DNA from: a bacterium
GTDB taxonomy: Bacteria > UBA10199 > 2-02-FULL-50-16 > JAJFLM01
Direction: 5' to 3'
Length of the DNA: 64,000 nucleotides
Assembly: GCA_965216315.1 (NCBI GenBank)
Contig: CBDCFN010000016.1
Span: 896,001 to 960,000 of the forward strand
Shown here: in pieces, positions 18,990 through 29,292 of the stretch
How positions within the stretch are numbered: position 1 is the stretch's first letter
Layout of the letters: each line of letters begins with the position of its first letter
Program-made: the position numbers and the translations under genes
The notes under the pieces: model-generated
What the model was told of the DNA's origin: nothing
The model's database searches: none
Seen by the model: only the letters and a program-made list of their open reading frames with translations

Positions 18990-19742
18990 TTATATGAGTC
19001 CCCAGACAAGACGGCCGGAGACGAACAAAATCAAGACGGCGGTGACTCGTTGCAATACTTGTTTAGAAATCACCCCTGAGCCCAAGCGACTGCCGATTTG
19101 TCCGCCGAGAAAAACCGCTAACAAGAGTGGGATGAGTAGGTTCATTTCGATGGCCCAACCGCCCTTGCTCAGTTGGCCGACCAGGCCGGCCATCGAGTTG
19201 ACCAGGATAAACACGCTCGCCGACGCTGCGACTTCTTTGGCGTGAGACCAGCCGAGTAAAAAGAGCACCGGGGCGAGAAAGATGCCGCCGCCGATGCCGA
19301 CGAGTCCCGAAAGAGCGCCCAGTAAGGCCCCGATGGGTAGGCCGACGAGCCACGCCTGCTTCCACTCGATGTCTTTGCGCACCTGAAATGACTTGTCAGT
19401 GATGAGCATGCGTGCGCCGGCAATTGCTAAGGAAAGGGCGAGCAACGAAATAAAGACGGTCTTCTCGACCGGAATGCGGCCGGCCAGATAGGCCGCGGGA
19501 ATCGAAGTGACAAGAAACGGCAAGGTCTTGCGGGCCGAAAAATGCCCCGCACGGACAAAGAAATAACAACCTCCGAGGACAACCGTGATATTACAAATCA
19601 GAGCGACGCGCGGCATGTCGAGATAGGGAAACGCGAAAAGGGCGAGCAAGGCTAAATAAGTGGAGCCGCCGCCAAAACCGGCCGTCGAATAGAGTAGGGC
19701 GGTCAGGAAAAATAAAGGGACTAAATAAATTAACATCTCCAC
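18990..19742 (-). CDS. TauE/SafE (TSUP) family permease
   Basis: YSTAGFGGGSTY and GLVGIGGGIFLAP repeats; multiple TM segments. Confidence 0.9.
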   Translation of the reverse strand: MEMLIYLVPLFFLTALLYSTAGFGGGSTYLALLALFAFPYLDMPRVALICNITVVLGGCYFFVRAGHFSARKTLPFLVTSIPAAYLAGRIPVEKTVFISLLALSLAIAGARMLITDKSFQVRKDIEWKQAWLVGLPIGALLGALSGLVGIGGGIFLAPVLFLLGWSHAKEVAASASVFILVNSMAGLVGQLSKGGWAIEMNLLIPLLLAVFLGGQIGSRLGSGVISKQVLQRVTAVLILFVSGRLVWGLI

Positions 19743-20647
19743 TAATGACCACCTCCTTTGATCATGTTGAAGGCGTGGAGGACGCTTGGGAAAATTGCGG
19801 CGAGGGATTCTTTGACGCCGTTTGAAGAGCCCGGGAGCGTGATGACGAGTGTCTTACCGCATAGCCCGACAACGCTGCGTGACAACATTGCGTATGGCGT
19901 GCGGCGTTGCCCATAGGCGCGCATCGCCTCGGCAATTCCCGGGGCATCTTTATCAAGCATGTCGCGCACGGTATCAACCGTGACGTCGCGGGGGCCGAGC
20001 CCCGTTCCTCCGGTCGTGACCACCAATTGAATCCCTTCATCGACCCAGCTCTGGATCATTTTGCGAATCTCGCCGGGATCATCCGGTACGATTTCATAGT
20101 GTGCGACGGGCAGCGGAATTGCTTCCATCGCCTCTTTGATAATGAGCCCGGACTTATCGCTCTTTTTCCCGGCCGAAACGCCATCCGAGGTGACGAGGAC
20201 GGCACATGACGGATGATCAAAAAATTCCTCTTCGTAATCGCTCTTGCCGCCTTTTTTGCCGATCAATTTCGTCTCGCCGATGCTGATTTCTTTATCGATG
20301 GCCTTGGCCATGTCATAGATCGTCAAGGCGGCGATGGATGCTGCGGTCAGGGCTTCCATCTCAACACCGGTCTTTCCAATGGTACGTACTTGCGTCAGGA
20401 TGCGGATTTCCGTTTCAAAAATTTCAAACTCAATCCCGATTTTGTCGATCATGAGGGGGTGACAGTGGGGGAGCAGCTCAGGAGTTTTCTTGGCCGCCAT
20501 CAATGCCGCAGCGCGGGCGATATTGAGGACATCGCCTTTAGGGGTATCCCCACTAGCGACCCGTTTGATTGTCTCTTCGCGGGCGAGAAAACGCGATTCC
20601 GCAATCGCAGTGCGTAAAGTTTCTATTTTGCTCGATATATCAATCAT
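19742..20647 (-). CDS. moaCB: Bifunctional MoaC/MoaB(MogA) fusion
   Basis: N-terminal MIDISSK..KGDVL..AKKTPELLPHCHP..TGVEMEAL..YDMAKA; C-terminal DKSG, TTGGTGLGPRDVT, LPGS. Confidence 0.93.
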   Translation of the reverse strand: MIDISSKIETLRTAIAESRFLAREETIKRVASGDTPKGDVLNIARAAALMAAKKTPELLPHCHPLMIDKIGIEFEIFETEIRILTQVRTIGKTGVEMEALTAASIAALTIYDMAKAIDKEISIGETKLIGKKGGKSDYEEEFFDHPSCAVLVTSDGVSAGKKSDKSGLIIKEAMEAIPLPVAHYEIVPDDPGEIRKMIQSWVDEGIQLVVTTGGTGLGPRDVTVDTVRDMLDKDAPGIAEAMRAYGQRRTPYAMLSRSVVGLCGKTLVITLPGSSNGVKESLAAIFPSVLHAFNMIKGGGH

Positions 20648-20649
20648 AA

Positions 20650-21633
20650 TTACCCTCCGATGCCGTACATGCCGCAGGTCGCGTTATATTGCGGTAATAA
20701 GAAGCCGCCATGGTCTTCGCGTTTCATTCCGATCATGAGTTTAACGGTTTCGATAATCGTCTCATCAGCGATCCCCGGCGTGCGAAGCAGGGTGCGTAAG
20801 CTGTCGGATTCATCGTAGGCGAGGCAATCCTGAATGCGGCCATCAGCCGCGATGCGGATGCGATTGCACTTGTGACAAAAAGGCTCGGAGACGGCATGAA
20901 TCAGTCCCACGATAGAGTCTAATTCCGCGATTTTATAATACTCGGCGGGGCCGCGTCCCAGCCGTTTACCGTAAGGAACGAGTTGCCACTTGCGACTGAG
21001 CCGTTCAAGGACATAAGAGGTCGGTAGAAACTGATCTTGCATGGTCTGGGCCGGTCCGAGCGGCATCAGTTCAATGAAGCGCAGAAGTAGTTTGTTGTCG
21101 GCCGCAAAGCGGACCATGGAGTCGATTTCATCATCATTTAAACCTTTCATGAGCACGCTATTGATTTTGACCGGGCCTAGGCCCGCGGCCTGAGCGGACT
21201 CAATGCCGGACAAGACATCCTTGATCTGTCCGCCATGGGTAATTTTTTCATAGCGTTGCGCATCGAGCGTATCGAGGTGGACGTTAATGCGCTTGAGTCC
21301 AGCCGCTTTGAGTTCCGGCGCCAGTTCTTTAAGCTTGTAGCCGTTCGTTGTCAGGAGAATGTCTTCGAGTTCGGGGATTTCGCTTAAGAGCTCAATGAGT
21401 TCGGTGATGTTTTTGCGCAACAAAGGTTCTCCGCCGGTGACGCGGACACTACGTACGCCTAGTTGAACCAGCATACCGATGAGCCGTGCCATTTCTTCAT
21501 AGGAGAGGATGTCGGTGCGTGCTTGTTTAACGGCTCCTTCGAGCGGCATGCAATAGGCGCAACGCAGGTTACATAAATCGGTGACCGACAGGCGTACATA
21601 TTCGATTTGGCGGGCGTGTCCATCAGCTAGCAT
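20650..21633 (-). CDS. moaA: GTP 3',8-cyclase MoaA (radical SAM)
   Basis: YVRLSVTDLCNLRCAYCMP, TGGEPLLR, FCHKCNRIR...DCL, C-terminal IGG. Confidence 0.97.
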   Translation of the reverse strand: MLADGHARQIEYVRLSVTDLCNLRCAYCMPLEGAVKQARTDILSYEEMARLIGMLVQLGVRSVRVTGGEPLLRKNITELIELLSEIPELEDILLTTNGYKLKELAPELKAAGLKRINVHLDTLDAQRYEKITHGGQIKDVLSGIESAQAAGLGPVKINSVLMKGLNDDEIDSMVRFAADNKLLLRFIELMPLGPAQTMQDQFLPTSYVLERLSRKWQLVPYGKRLGRGPAEYYKIAELDSIVGLIHAVSEPFCHKCNRIRIAADGRIQDCLAYDESDSLRTLLRTPGIADETIIETVKLMIGMKREDHGGFLLPQYNATCGMYGIGG

Positions 21634-22204
21634 GTTGTGTCTCCAGACGCATGAGATCTTGCTTCGTGTTGATATTGATGGCCGATGTCCCGGCGAGTGG
21701 GACGCGGACTACATTAGAGGTTTCCCGACAGAACTCCCCCACGGATTTGTTTCCCGAATTCAGGAATGAGTTCATCGCTGCGAGCAGCCCCTTTGAGTAA
21801 ACGCCGAGCGTATAAGCGGCCTTGCCTTCGTATTCCGCAATGGCGATATCCTGCTGGGCTGAATTCTTAATGATCAATTCGATATCGTCGAAGTTGAGGA
21901 GGGGCATGTCACAGGCAACGACAAAAATACGTTGGTTTGACGTCAAACGCAGTGCCGTTGCAATTCCCCCGAGTGGCCCCAAGTTGGGGATATCATCGCA
22001 GACGACTTTGATGGGGAGATTGCGATAAAATTCGGGACTGTTCGTGATGAGCAGTGACTCGGAAAAAAGATGTTTGATGACTTTGAGGATACGAAAGATG
22101 AACGGAACCCCACCGTAGCGGGCGAAGGCTTTGTTTTCACCAAAACGCGATGATTGGCCGCCGGCGAGAATGACGCCGGTTATGTCGGGGTAAGTCGGCT
22201 GCAT
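21623..22204 (-). CDS. mobA: Molybdenum cofactor guanylyltransferase MobA
   Basis: ILAGGQSSRFGENKA, GPLGGI, ACDMP, ININT; start ATG 22204 after AAAGGAG. Confidence 0.93.
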   Translation of the reverse strand: MQPTYPDITGVILAGGQSSRFGENKAFARYGGVPFIFRILKVIKHLFSESLLITNSPEFYRNLPIKVVCDDIPNLGPLGGIATALRLTSNQRIFVVACDMPLLNFDDIELIIKNSAQQDIAIAEYEGKAAYTLGVYSKGLLAAMNSFLNSGNKSVGEFCRETSNVVRVPLAGTSAININTKQDLMRLETQHAS

Positions 22205-22206
22205 AG

Positions 22207-22345
22207 TATCTCCTTTGCAATTCAGTCCTCGCAATTTTCAAGAAAATTGTGGGGACATCGGTAGGTATTGCCGTTTCCAACAATACCCCGCCCCATGTGT
22301 CATACCTTAACTATAAAAAGGCTTAGATCCATGGGGTCGGAGAAA
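22207..22345 (-). ncRNA. Moco/Wco-class riboswitch (MOCO_RNA_motif-like)
   Basis: P1 TCTCC/GGAGA sequesters the mobA SD; P2 CCCCATG..CATGGGG carries the receptor TCTAAG/TATGA; P4 GGTATTGTTG-GAAA-CGGCAATACC; 3' TGCAAAGGAG. Confidence 0.85.
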
Positions 22346-22364
22346 GCTTATATGAAATGCTATC

Positions 22365-22535
22365 CTATAGCTTTTTTTGCAAGGCCTCCGTTTCGTTTTT
22401 GACTTCTTTCATGCCACTCTTGAAATTCTTGAGGAAGCTTCCGAGTCCTTTGCCCAACTCGGGGAGTCGCTTGGCACCAAAGAGCAGAATAACCACGGCG
22501 GCGATAATGCCTATTTCCCAGGGACCAAGATTCAT
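22365..22535 (-). CDS. tatA: Twin-arginine translocase subunit TatA/E (56 aa, below the ORF-track cutoff)
   Basis: [42 protein letters not shown]...; SD AAGGAGG. Confidence 0.95.
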   Translation of the reverse strand: MNLGPWEIGIIAAVVILLFGAKRLPELGKGLGSFLKNFKSGMKEVKNETEALQKKL

Positions 22536-22617
22536 GACAATTCCTCCTTAAAAATAGCTGGACCTAAGTGAAGCATGTTTGCCGCGCTGAGGGGAATGAC
22601 CACAAATAGCATCCGAT

Positions 22618-22631
22618 ATGATCTATGTCAT
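22618..22631. promoter_or_regulatory. Crp/Fnr-type box upstream of tatA-mob-moa
   Basis: ATGAT-CTAT-GTCAT. Confidence 0.6.
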
Positions 22632-22682
22632 CTCTTTGTTTGCGCAGAGATGCAATAGAAACACGAATAATAACAGCAATAT

Positions 22683-22717
22683 ATGATGAATATCGTCAGA
22701 TATGATTAATATCATAT
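22683..22717. promoter_or_regulatory. Tandem Crp/Fnr-type boxes upstream of the nar-act operon
   Basis: ATGAT-GAAT-ATCGT (22683-22696) and ATATGAT-TAAT-ATCATAT (22700-22717). Confidence 0.7.
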
Positions 22718-22806
22718 GCCATCATGACGCTCCGCATTGTTGGGAAATCACTGAATCGATATTCATTGAACATAATATGAATGAAAACCCGAAAGGACGA
22801 TGCGTT

Positions 22807-23625
22807 ATGAGGTATCGTTTTTATGTCTTACTGGCCCTCACTTTTTTTGCGACGAGCTTCTTCAGCAGCGAAGCGATTGCCTTTAATGCCGGCGCCTATT
22901 TCGACAAAAATTGTACGAGTTGTCACACGGTCGGTGGGGGGGATGATATTGGTCCCGACCTCAAAGATATCTCCAAGCGTCGCTCCGAAGAATGGTTGAT
23001 CAAATTCATTCAATCGTCACAAAGCGTGATCAAGTCCGGTGATGCCGCTGCGATTGAGTTATTTAATAAATATAAGAAGAAAAAGATGCCTGACCAGGAT
23101 TTGAATGATTCAGAGGTCAAGGCGATATTGGCCTTTATCGAAAAGGGTGGGCCAGCCGAGCAGCCGATCGAAGCCAAGCCGGCCACAGCTTCCACTAAAG
23201 AAGACGTGGAAAGAGGCCATGATCTCTTTTTAGGGATTCAACGTTTCTCAGCGGGTGGGGCGGCATGTATTTCCTGTCATAGCGCCGGTGCCTTTGGTCC
23301 TTTGGGCGGCGGGACATTAGGTCCTTCATTGTCTCAGGCCTACTCCAAGTATGAAGATAGGGGGATGTCGAAGGCGCTCGCCAATACAGGCTTTCCAATT
23401 ATGAAGGAAATCTACGCGGACAAGCAACTCACTCCCGAAGAGGCCTTTGCCGTAAAGGCTTTTCTATATCAGGTAGACAAAAAGGGTGAGATTGCAGGGG
23501 ATTATCAGAAGAAGTTTCTCTTTCTGGGGATTGGTGGCGGTGTCATCGCCATGGGTCTCATTGATTTTACATGGCGTAAACGCCGCAAGAAGAGCGCCAA
23601 GCCTCGGCGCGGAGGTGTCTCATGA
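22807..23625 (+). CDS. narC: Membrane-anchored diheme cytochrome c (NarC-like)
   Basis: Signal peptide ending AIA; CTSCH and CISCH; C-terminal TM helix with basic tail; 4-nt overlap with narG; start moved to ATG 22807. Confidence 0.82.
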   Translation: MRYRFYVLLALTFFATSFFSSEAIAFNAGAYFDKNCTSCHTVGGGDDIGPDLKDISKRRSEEWLIKFIQSSQSVIKSGDAAAIELFNKYKKKKMPDQDLNDSEVKAILAFIEKGGPAEQPIEAKPATASTKEDVERGHDLFLGIQRFSAGGAACISCHSAGAFGPLGGGTLGPSLSQAYSKYEDRGMSKALANTGFPIMKEIYADKQLTPEEAFAVKAFLYQVDKKGEIAGDYQKKFLFLGIGGGVIAMGLIDFTWRKRRKKSAKPRRGGVS

Positions 23626-26600
23626 GTTGGATCCAGGACTTAGTGGCTCCCCAAACACGTAGTTGGGAAGATTTTTATCGTAATCGCTGGCAGCACGACA
23701 AGGTGATTCGCAGCACGCATGGTGTCAATTGTACGGGCGGCTGTTCGTGGAACATCCATGTCAAAGATGGAATTGTCACTTGGGAAATGCAGGCCTTGGA
23801 TTATCCGTCTCTGGAAAAATCACTGCCGGGTTATGAGCCTCGGGGTTGTCAGCGCGGTATTTCTTTTTCTTGGTACCTCTATAGTCCGATCCGCGTGAAG
23901 TATCCTTATATGCGCGGTGCTCTGCTCGATCTGTGGAGAGAGGCAAAGCACAATTTCAGCGATCCTGTCGAGGCGTGGGCATCGATTCAAAAAGATGAAG
24001 CGGCCCGCAAGAAATATCAGCAAGCGCGCGGTAAGGGCGGTTTTCGTCGCGTCCATTGGGATGAAGCCTTAGAATTGATGGCTGCGGCCAATATTTATAC
24101 GACCAAGGAGCATGGACCTGATCGGATTACAGGGTTTTCACCAATCCCGGCGATGTCGATGCTGAGTTACGCTTCGGGGGCACGTTTTCTTCAACTGATG
24201 GGTGGCGTGTGTTTGAGTTTCTATGATTGGTACTGTGACTTGCCGCCTGCCTCTCCGGAGATTTGGGGTGAACAGACCGATGTGGCGGAAAGCGCGGACT
24301 GGTATAATGCTAAGTTCCTCGCGGTCATGGGGGCCAATCTCAACATGACGCGAACGCCTGACTGCCATTTTGCGGCAGAGGCCCGTCACAATGGGAGTAA
24401 GATGGTCGTCTTTTCTCCCGACTTCAGTCAGGTCTCTAAGTATGCGGATCAGTGGGTTCCCATCAATGCCGGGCAGGATGGCGCCTTTTGGATGGCCGTA
24501 TCGCATATCGTGCTCAAAGAATTTCATCATGAAAAGAAGACGCCGTATTTCATCGACTACACCAAAAAGTTTACCGATTGTCCGTTTTTGGTCGAACTGA
24601 AGAAAGAAGGTGACAGCTACGTGGCCGGCAAATTTGTCCGCGCCGACCGTATCGATAAATATAAGAATGTGGAACTCGGCGAATGGAAGTTTTTGATGGT
24701 CGATGAAAAGACCGGCAACCCGGTGATGCCGGGGGGGGCTATGGGCCACCGTTGGCAGAAGAAGCCTGGTGACTGGAATCTGAAATTCGAGGACGGCGAG
24801 GATGGAACTGAATTTGAGCCGACTTTAAGTTTGCTGGAGAACAGTGACGGTACGGCGAGCGTCAAGTTTGATGATTTTGGTGACGATGTGAGTCATCAGC
24901 GTGAGGTTCCGATTAAAAAGCTGAAGACGACGGATGGCGAAATAGTCGTGACGACGGTCTATGATCTTTTGATGGGCCAGTATGGAGTCAGCCGTGGTTT
25001 AGGCGGCGATTATCCGAAGAGTTACGAAGAGGATGGGGCCTATACCCCGGCCTGGCAGGAAAGAAAGACCGGGATTGGTCAGAAAACCGTCATCGGGTTT
25101 GCACGGAGTTGGGCAAGCACGGCGGAAAGTACGAAAGGGAAGTGCACGGTTATTATCGGCGCTGGTATCAATCACTGGTATCACAACAATTTGATCTATC
25201 GGGCGGCGATTAATTCCCTGATGCTCTGTGGTTGTATCGGGGTTAACGGTGGTGGTCTGAACCACTACGTTGGTCAGGAAAAGTTAGCGCCACAGGCCTC
25301 GTGGGCGCCCATTGCATTTGCAAAAGATTGGCACAAGCCTTCACGCCTGCAGAATGCTCCTTCGTGGCACTATGTTCATTCCGATCAATGGCGTTATGAT
25401 AGTGGTCACAAAGGGTATCACAAATGTCCCGATAACGAGCTGACCGAAGGGCACTCCATCGATCACAATATTCGCGCGGTTAAGAATGGCTGGTTGCCTT
25501 TCTTCCCGCAGTACAACAAGAGCAATTTAGATCTCTGTCGCGAAGCCGAAAAGAAAGGCGCTAAGGACAATCAAGGCATCATTGATCATGTGGTTAGTGA
25601 ATTAAAAAGTGGCGAGCTCAAGCATACGATAGAGCAGCCGGATGCTGCGGATAGTTGGCCGCGTGTTTGGTACATCTGGCGCGGAAATGCGATTATGTCG
25701 AGTGCCAAGGGCCATGAGTATTTTCTCAAGCATTACTTGGGAACCCATCACAATGATATCGCGGAAGAACTGGCCGAAGGACAGGTCAAAGATGTGGCCT
25801 GGCAGAAAAATGCGCCCCAAGGAAAGATGGATCTGGTTGTCGACCTTAACTTCCGCATGGATACCTCGGCGCTCTATTCAGACATCGTCCTGCCGGCGGC
25901 CTCATGGTACGAAAAAGCCGATCTGAATTCGACGGACATGCATTCCTTTATTCATCCCTTGTCAAAGGCGATTCCTCCGGTTTGGGAGTCTAAGAGTGAC
26001 TGGGACATCTTTAAGGCGGTTGCCAAGAAGACGAGTGAAATCGCTAAAAAACATTGTCCCGAGCCTGTCAAAGATCTTGTGACGATTCCGTTGACTCATG
26101 ATACGCCGGACGAAATTGCTCAGCCCAAGATGCAAGATTGGAGCAAGGGGGAGTGTGAGCCGATTCCCGGAAAGACCATGTATAAGATGGCAGTGGTCGA
26201 ACGGGATTATACCAAGATTTACGACAAATATGTTTCGCTGGGGCCGCTTGCCAGTAAGACGCTTGGTGCGCATGGCATTAGTTATGAGGTTGAGGATTTC
26301 TATAACGAATTGGTTGAGACCGGTCCGACGGTCGAGTGGGAAGGGAATAAATATCCTTCCCTGGAGGAAGCGGATTATGCGGCCAATGCCGTCTTGAACT
26401 TGGCTCCGGAAACCAACGGGGAATTGGCCTATCGAGCGTATAAGCACGAAGGGGACCGCGTTGGAATTGATCTGACGGATCTTGCGAAGGATAGCCGTGA
26501 TTTCCGGGTCAGTTATACTGATTTGCAATCGCAGCCGCGTCGCATGGTCAATAGCCCGATCTGGTCCGGGTTGATGACGGATGGTCGGGCTTATTCGGCC

Positions 26601-27227
26601 TATTGCTACAATGTCGAATGGCTGGTTCCCTGGCGGACGCTGACCGGGCGACAGTCCTTTTATTTGGATCATGATGCCTACATCGCTTTCGGGGAACACC
26701 TGCCGACGTACAAACCGTCACCACGTCCGGAAGCATACGGCGATTTGCGTAAGAGCTTGCAAAGCGGTGATGCCAAGATGCTCAACTACCTGACGCCTCA
26801 TGGTAAATGGCACATCCATTCGACCTATGGGGATACGTTGCGCATGTTAACGCTTTCACGCGGGACGGAGCCCTTCTGGATGAGTGAAGAGGATGCCGCG
26901 GATCTGGGGATTCATGACAACGATTATGTTGAAGTGCACAACGACAACGGTGTTGTGGTGACACGGGCATGTGTGAGCGCGCGTATTCCGAAGGGTGTCT
27001 GTATTATTTACCACTCGCCGGAGCGGACTTATTCAGTCCCGCGTTCGCCGTTGCGCAACTTTAAGCGGGCCGGCGGTCATAACAGTTTGACTCGGACGCG
27101 GCTCAAACCGAACCTGATGGTCGGTGGCTATGCGCAATTCACCTATTTCTTTAATTACTGGGGCCCGACGGGGTGCAATCGCGATACCTTTGTAACAGTT
27201 CGTAAGCTCGAAAAGCTTGTATGGTAA
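23622..27227 (+). CDS. narG: Respiratory nitrate reductase alpha subunit (Mo-bisMGD, cytoplasm-facing)
   Basis: [12 protein letters not shown]...EPRGCQRG (FS0), [32 protein letters not shown]; no Tat signal. Confidence 0.96.
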   Translation: MSWIQDLVAPQTRSWEDFYRNRWQHDKVIRSTHGVNCTGGCSWNIHVKDGIVTWEMQALDYPSLEKSLPGYEPRGCQRGISFSWYLYSPIRVKYPYMRGALLDLWREAKHNFSDPVEAWASIQKDEAARKKYQQARGKGGFRRVHWDEALELMAAANIYTTKEHGPDRITGFSPIPAMSMLSYASGARFLQLMGGVCLSFYDWYCDLPPASPEIWGEQTDVAESADWYNAKFLAVMGANLNMTRTPDCHFAAEARHNGSKMVVFSPDFSQVSKYADQWVPINAGQDGAFWMAVSHIVLKEFHHEKKTPYFIDYTKKFTDCPFLVELKKEGDSYVAGKFVRADRIDKYKNVELGEWKFLMVDEKTGNPVMPGGAMGHRWQKKPGDWNLKFEDGEDGTEFEPTLSLLENSDGTASVKFDDFGDDVSHQREVPIKKLKTTDGEIVVTTVYDLLMGQYGVSRGLGGDYPKSYEEDGAYTPAWQERKTGIGQKTVIGFARSWASTAESTKGKCTVIIGAGINHWYHNNLIYRAAINSLMLCGCIGVNGGGLNHYVGQEKLAPQASWAPIAFAKDWHKPSRLQNAPSWHYVHSDQWRYDSGHKGYHKCPDNELTEGHSIDHNIRAVKNGWLPFFPQYNKSNLDLCREAEKKGAKDNQGIIDHVVSELKSGELKHTIEQPDAADSWPRVWYIWRGNAIMSSAKGHEYFLKHYLGTHHNDIAEELAEGQVKDVAWQKNAPQGKMDLVVDLNFRMDTSALYSDIVLPAASWYEKADLNSTDMHSFIHPLSKAIPPVWESKSDWDIFKAVAKKTSEIAKKHCPEPVKDLVTIPLTHDTPDEIAQPKMQDWSKGECEPIPGKTMYKMAVVERDYTKIYDKYVSLGPLASKTLGAHGISYEVEDFYNELVETGPTVEWEGNKYPSLEEADYAANAVLNLAPETNGELAYRAYKHEGDRVGIDLTDLAKDSRDFRVSYTDLQSQPRRMVNSPIWSGLMTDGRAYSAYCYNVEWLVPWRTLTGRQSFYLDHDAYIAFGEHLPTYKPSPRPEAYGDLRKSLQSGDAKMLNYLTPHGKWHIHSTYGDTLRMLTLSRGTEPFWMSEEDAADLGIHDNDYVEVHNDNGVVVTRACVSARIPKGVCIIYHSPERTYSVPRSPLRNFKRAGGHNSLTRTRLKPNLMVGGYAQFTYFFNYWGPTGCNRDTFVTVRKLEKLVW

Positions 27228-27239
27228 GGATGGTGACCT

Positions 27240-28730
27240 ATGGATGTTAGATCGCAAATTTCAGTCGTCTTCCACTTAGATAAGTGCATTGGCTGCCACA
27301 CCTGTTCCATAGCGTGTAAGAACGTATGGACGGATCGCAAAGGTGCCGAATACATGTGGTGGAACAATGTCGAAACGAAGCCCGGCACGGGATACCCAAC
27401 GGAATGGGAGAATCAAGAAGAGTATAAGGGTGGCTGGGAAAAGAAAGGGGACGGTATCCAGTTAAAAGGTGCCGGTAAACGCCGTGGCCTGAAAAACATT
27501 TTCCATAATCCTAATCTTCCCATCCTTGATGACTATTATGAGCCCTGGACGTACCGTTATGAGGACCTTTTTAATGCCCCTCCAGGCGATGACCAGCCGA
27601 CGGCGCGCCCGGTTTCACTTGTTACCGGAAAAAATATGGAGATTAAGGCCGGCCCTAACTGGGATGATGATCTCAGCGGAAGTCCGGATTACGCCCGTAA
27701 CGATCCGAACTTAGATCAACTGTCGGAAGCCGAGCAGGAAGCGATGTTTCAGGTTGAAAAGTTGGTCATGTTCTATTTGCCGCGCATTTGTAATCACTGT
27801 CTCAATCCCGCATGTGTCGCAGGGTGTCCGTCTGGCGCGATTTATAAACGCGGTGAGGATGGGATTGTCCTGATCAATCAGGAAAAATGTCGTGCCTGGA
27901 GAATGTGTGTCACGGCCTGTCCGTACAAGAAAACCTATTATAACTGGAGTAGCGGAAAGTCCGAGAAATGCATTCTTTGTTATCCGCGTATCGAATCGGG
28001 TCAGGCGCCCGCCTGCATGCATTCCTGTGTGGGACGGATTCGTTATCTGGGGATGATGCTATATGATGCGGATCGTATCCATGATGTCGCTTCAGCCGAT
28101 GAGGCAGATGTCGGACAGCTCCAACGCGAGATGATACTCGATCCATTTGATCCTCAGGTGATTCGAGCTGCGCGTGAGAATGGCGTACATGATTCGGTGA
28201 TTGAATCCGCTCAACAATCACCGGTGTTCAAGTTTGTTAAGGAGTGGAAGATCGCCTTGCCGCTGCATCCCGAGTTTCGTACCTTGCCGATGCTTTTCTA
28301 TGTTCCTCCCTTATTGCCGATTATGGGAACGGTTAGCGATGAAGTCTATGAAAGTGTGACGGATGGTCTGTTTAGTTCCATAGAAATGAGTCGTCTGCCG
28401 ATTAAGTATTTAGCTTCATTATTCTCAGCGGGGAATGAAGGGATCATTCGCGAAGTGCTGAAGAAATTACAGGCCGTTCGCGTGCATCGTCGCCAAGTAA
28501 CGGTCGGAGATCAAGACGAGTCCGTTGTTTCACAGGCGCTTAAGGAGGTGGGGATGACCCCTGAAGAAGCGGATGCGATGTATCGATTGACCTCGCTGGC
28601 TAGTTTCGATGAACGCTTTGTTATTCCTCCGTCCCACCGGGAAGAGGCGATAGAAACGATCGCTAATGTTGACGATCGTAAGGGCGAAGCCGGGCTCGGG
28701 TTCCGCTTTGCCGGACAGAGGGGGTTGTAA
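27240..28730 (+). CDS. narH: Nitrate reductase beta (Fe-S) subunit
   Basis: DKCIGCHTCSIACK, RICNHCLNPACVAGCPSG, CRAWRMCVTACPYKK, KCILCYPR, PEFRTLPM. Confidence 0.97.
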   Translation: MDVRSQISVVFHLDKCIGCHTCSIACKNVWTDRKGAEYMWWNNVETKPGTGYPTEWENQEEYKGGWEKKGDGIQLKGAGKRRGLKNIFHNPNLPILDDYYEPWTYRYEDLFNAPPGDDQPTARPVSLVTGKNMEIKAGPNWDDDLSGSPDYARNDPNLDQLSEAEQEAMFQVEKLVMFYLPRICNHCLNPACVAGCPSGAIYKRGEDGIVLINQEKCRAWRMCVTACPYKKTYYNWSSGKSEKCILCYPRIESGQAPACMHSCVGRIRYLGMMLYDADRIHDVASADEADVGQLQREMILDPFDPQVIRAARENGVHDSVIESAQQSPVFKFVKEWKIALPLHPEFRTLPMLFYVPPLLPIMGTVSDEVYESVTDGLFSSIEMSRLPIKYLASLFSAGNEGIIREVLKKLQAVRVHRRQVTVGDQDESVVSQALKEVGMTPEEADAMYRLTSLASFDERFVIPPSHREEAIETIANVDDRKGEAGLGFRFAGQRGL

Positions 28731-28731
28731 C

Positions 28732-29292
28732 ATGGCATCGCATCGGGATCGCTATCAAACGTTATCAGACTTGCTTAAATATCCGGACGAGGGCTTTCAC
28801 GCTTTTGTTGCCGCTTGTGTCAGTAATCTAGAGGACTATCCCGAGAGCCTTGAGCAGCTGACACCTTTTCTGGACTATGTGAAGGGGGCGAGTCGGACCG
28901 AACTCGAAGAACTTTATATCCGGACTTTTGATATCCATGCAGTCTGCCATTTGGATATTGGATATGTCCTTTTTGGCGAGGACTACAAGCGCGGTCAATT
29001 TTTAGTCGAGATGAAGCAGGAGCAAATTCGAGCTGGTAATGATTGTGGAGCGGAGTTGCCGGATCATCTTCCTTGCGTGCTCAATCTTCTTGGCATGATG
29101 GAAGATCAGGCGCGCGCCCAGGACCTCGTCCAAATACTTGTATTGCCGGCGATTTACAAAATGATTCAGAGCTTTAAGAAGGCGGGAAATGTTTATCGCT
29201 GTGTCTTGGAAACGATCCAGTTAGTTGTTGAAGCCGATTACGGAAAGGTAGTGGCTTTGCCTACTTATAATCAGACGGAGGCCTCATTATGA
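28732..29292 (+). CDS. narJ: Nitrate reductase maturation chaperone
   Basis: EELYIRTFD, GEDYKRGQFL, ELPDHLP; start ATG 28732. Confidence 0.92.
   Translation: MASHRDRYQTLSDLLKYPDEGFHAFVAACVSNLEDYPESLEQLTPFLDYVKGASRTELEELYIRTFDIHAVCHLDIGYVLFGEDYKRGQFLVEMKQEQIRAGNDCGAELPDHLPCVLNLLGMMEDQARAQDLVQILVLPAIYKMIQSFKKAGNVYRCVLETIQLVVEADYGKVVALPTYNQTEASL

Noticed and set aside
22702..22806. N-terminal extension of narC in the ORF track
   Set aside because: It overlaps the Fnr-type boxes. ATG 22807 has an SD and directly begins the signal peptide.
25962..26699. 245-aa antisense ORF inside narG, and similar antisense ORFs in narK, act and fadE
   Set aside because: These are antisense shadows of conserved genes with no motifs.
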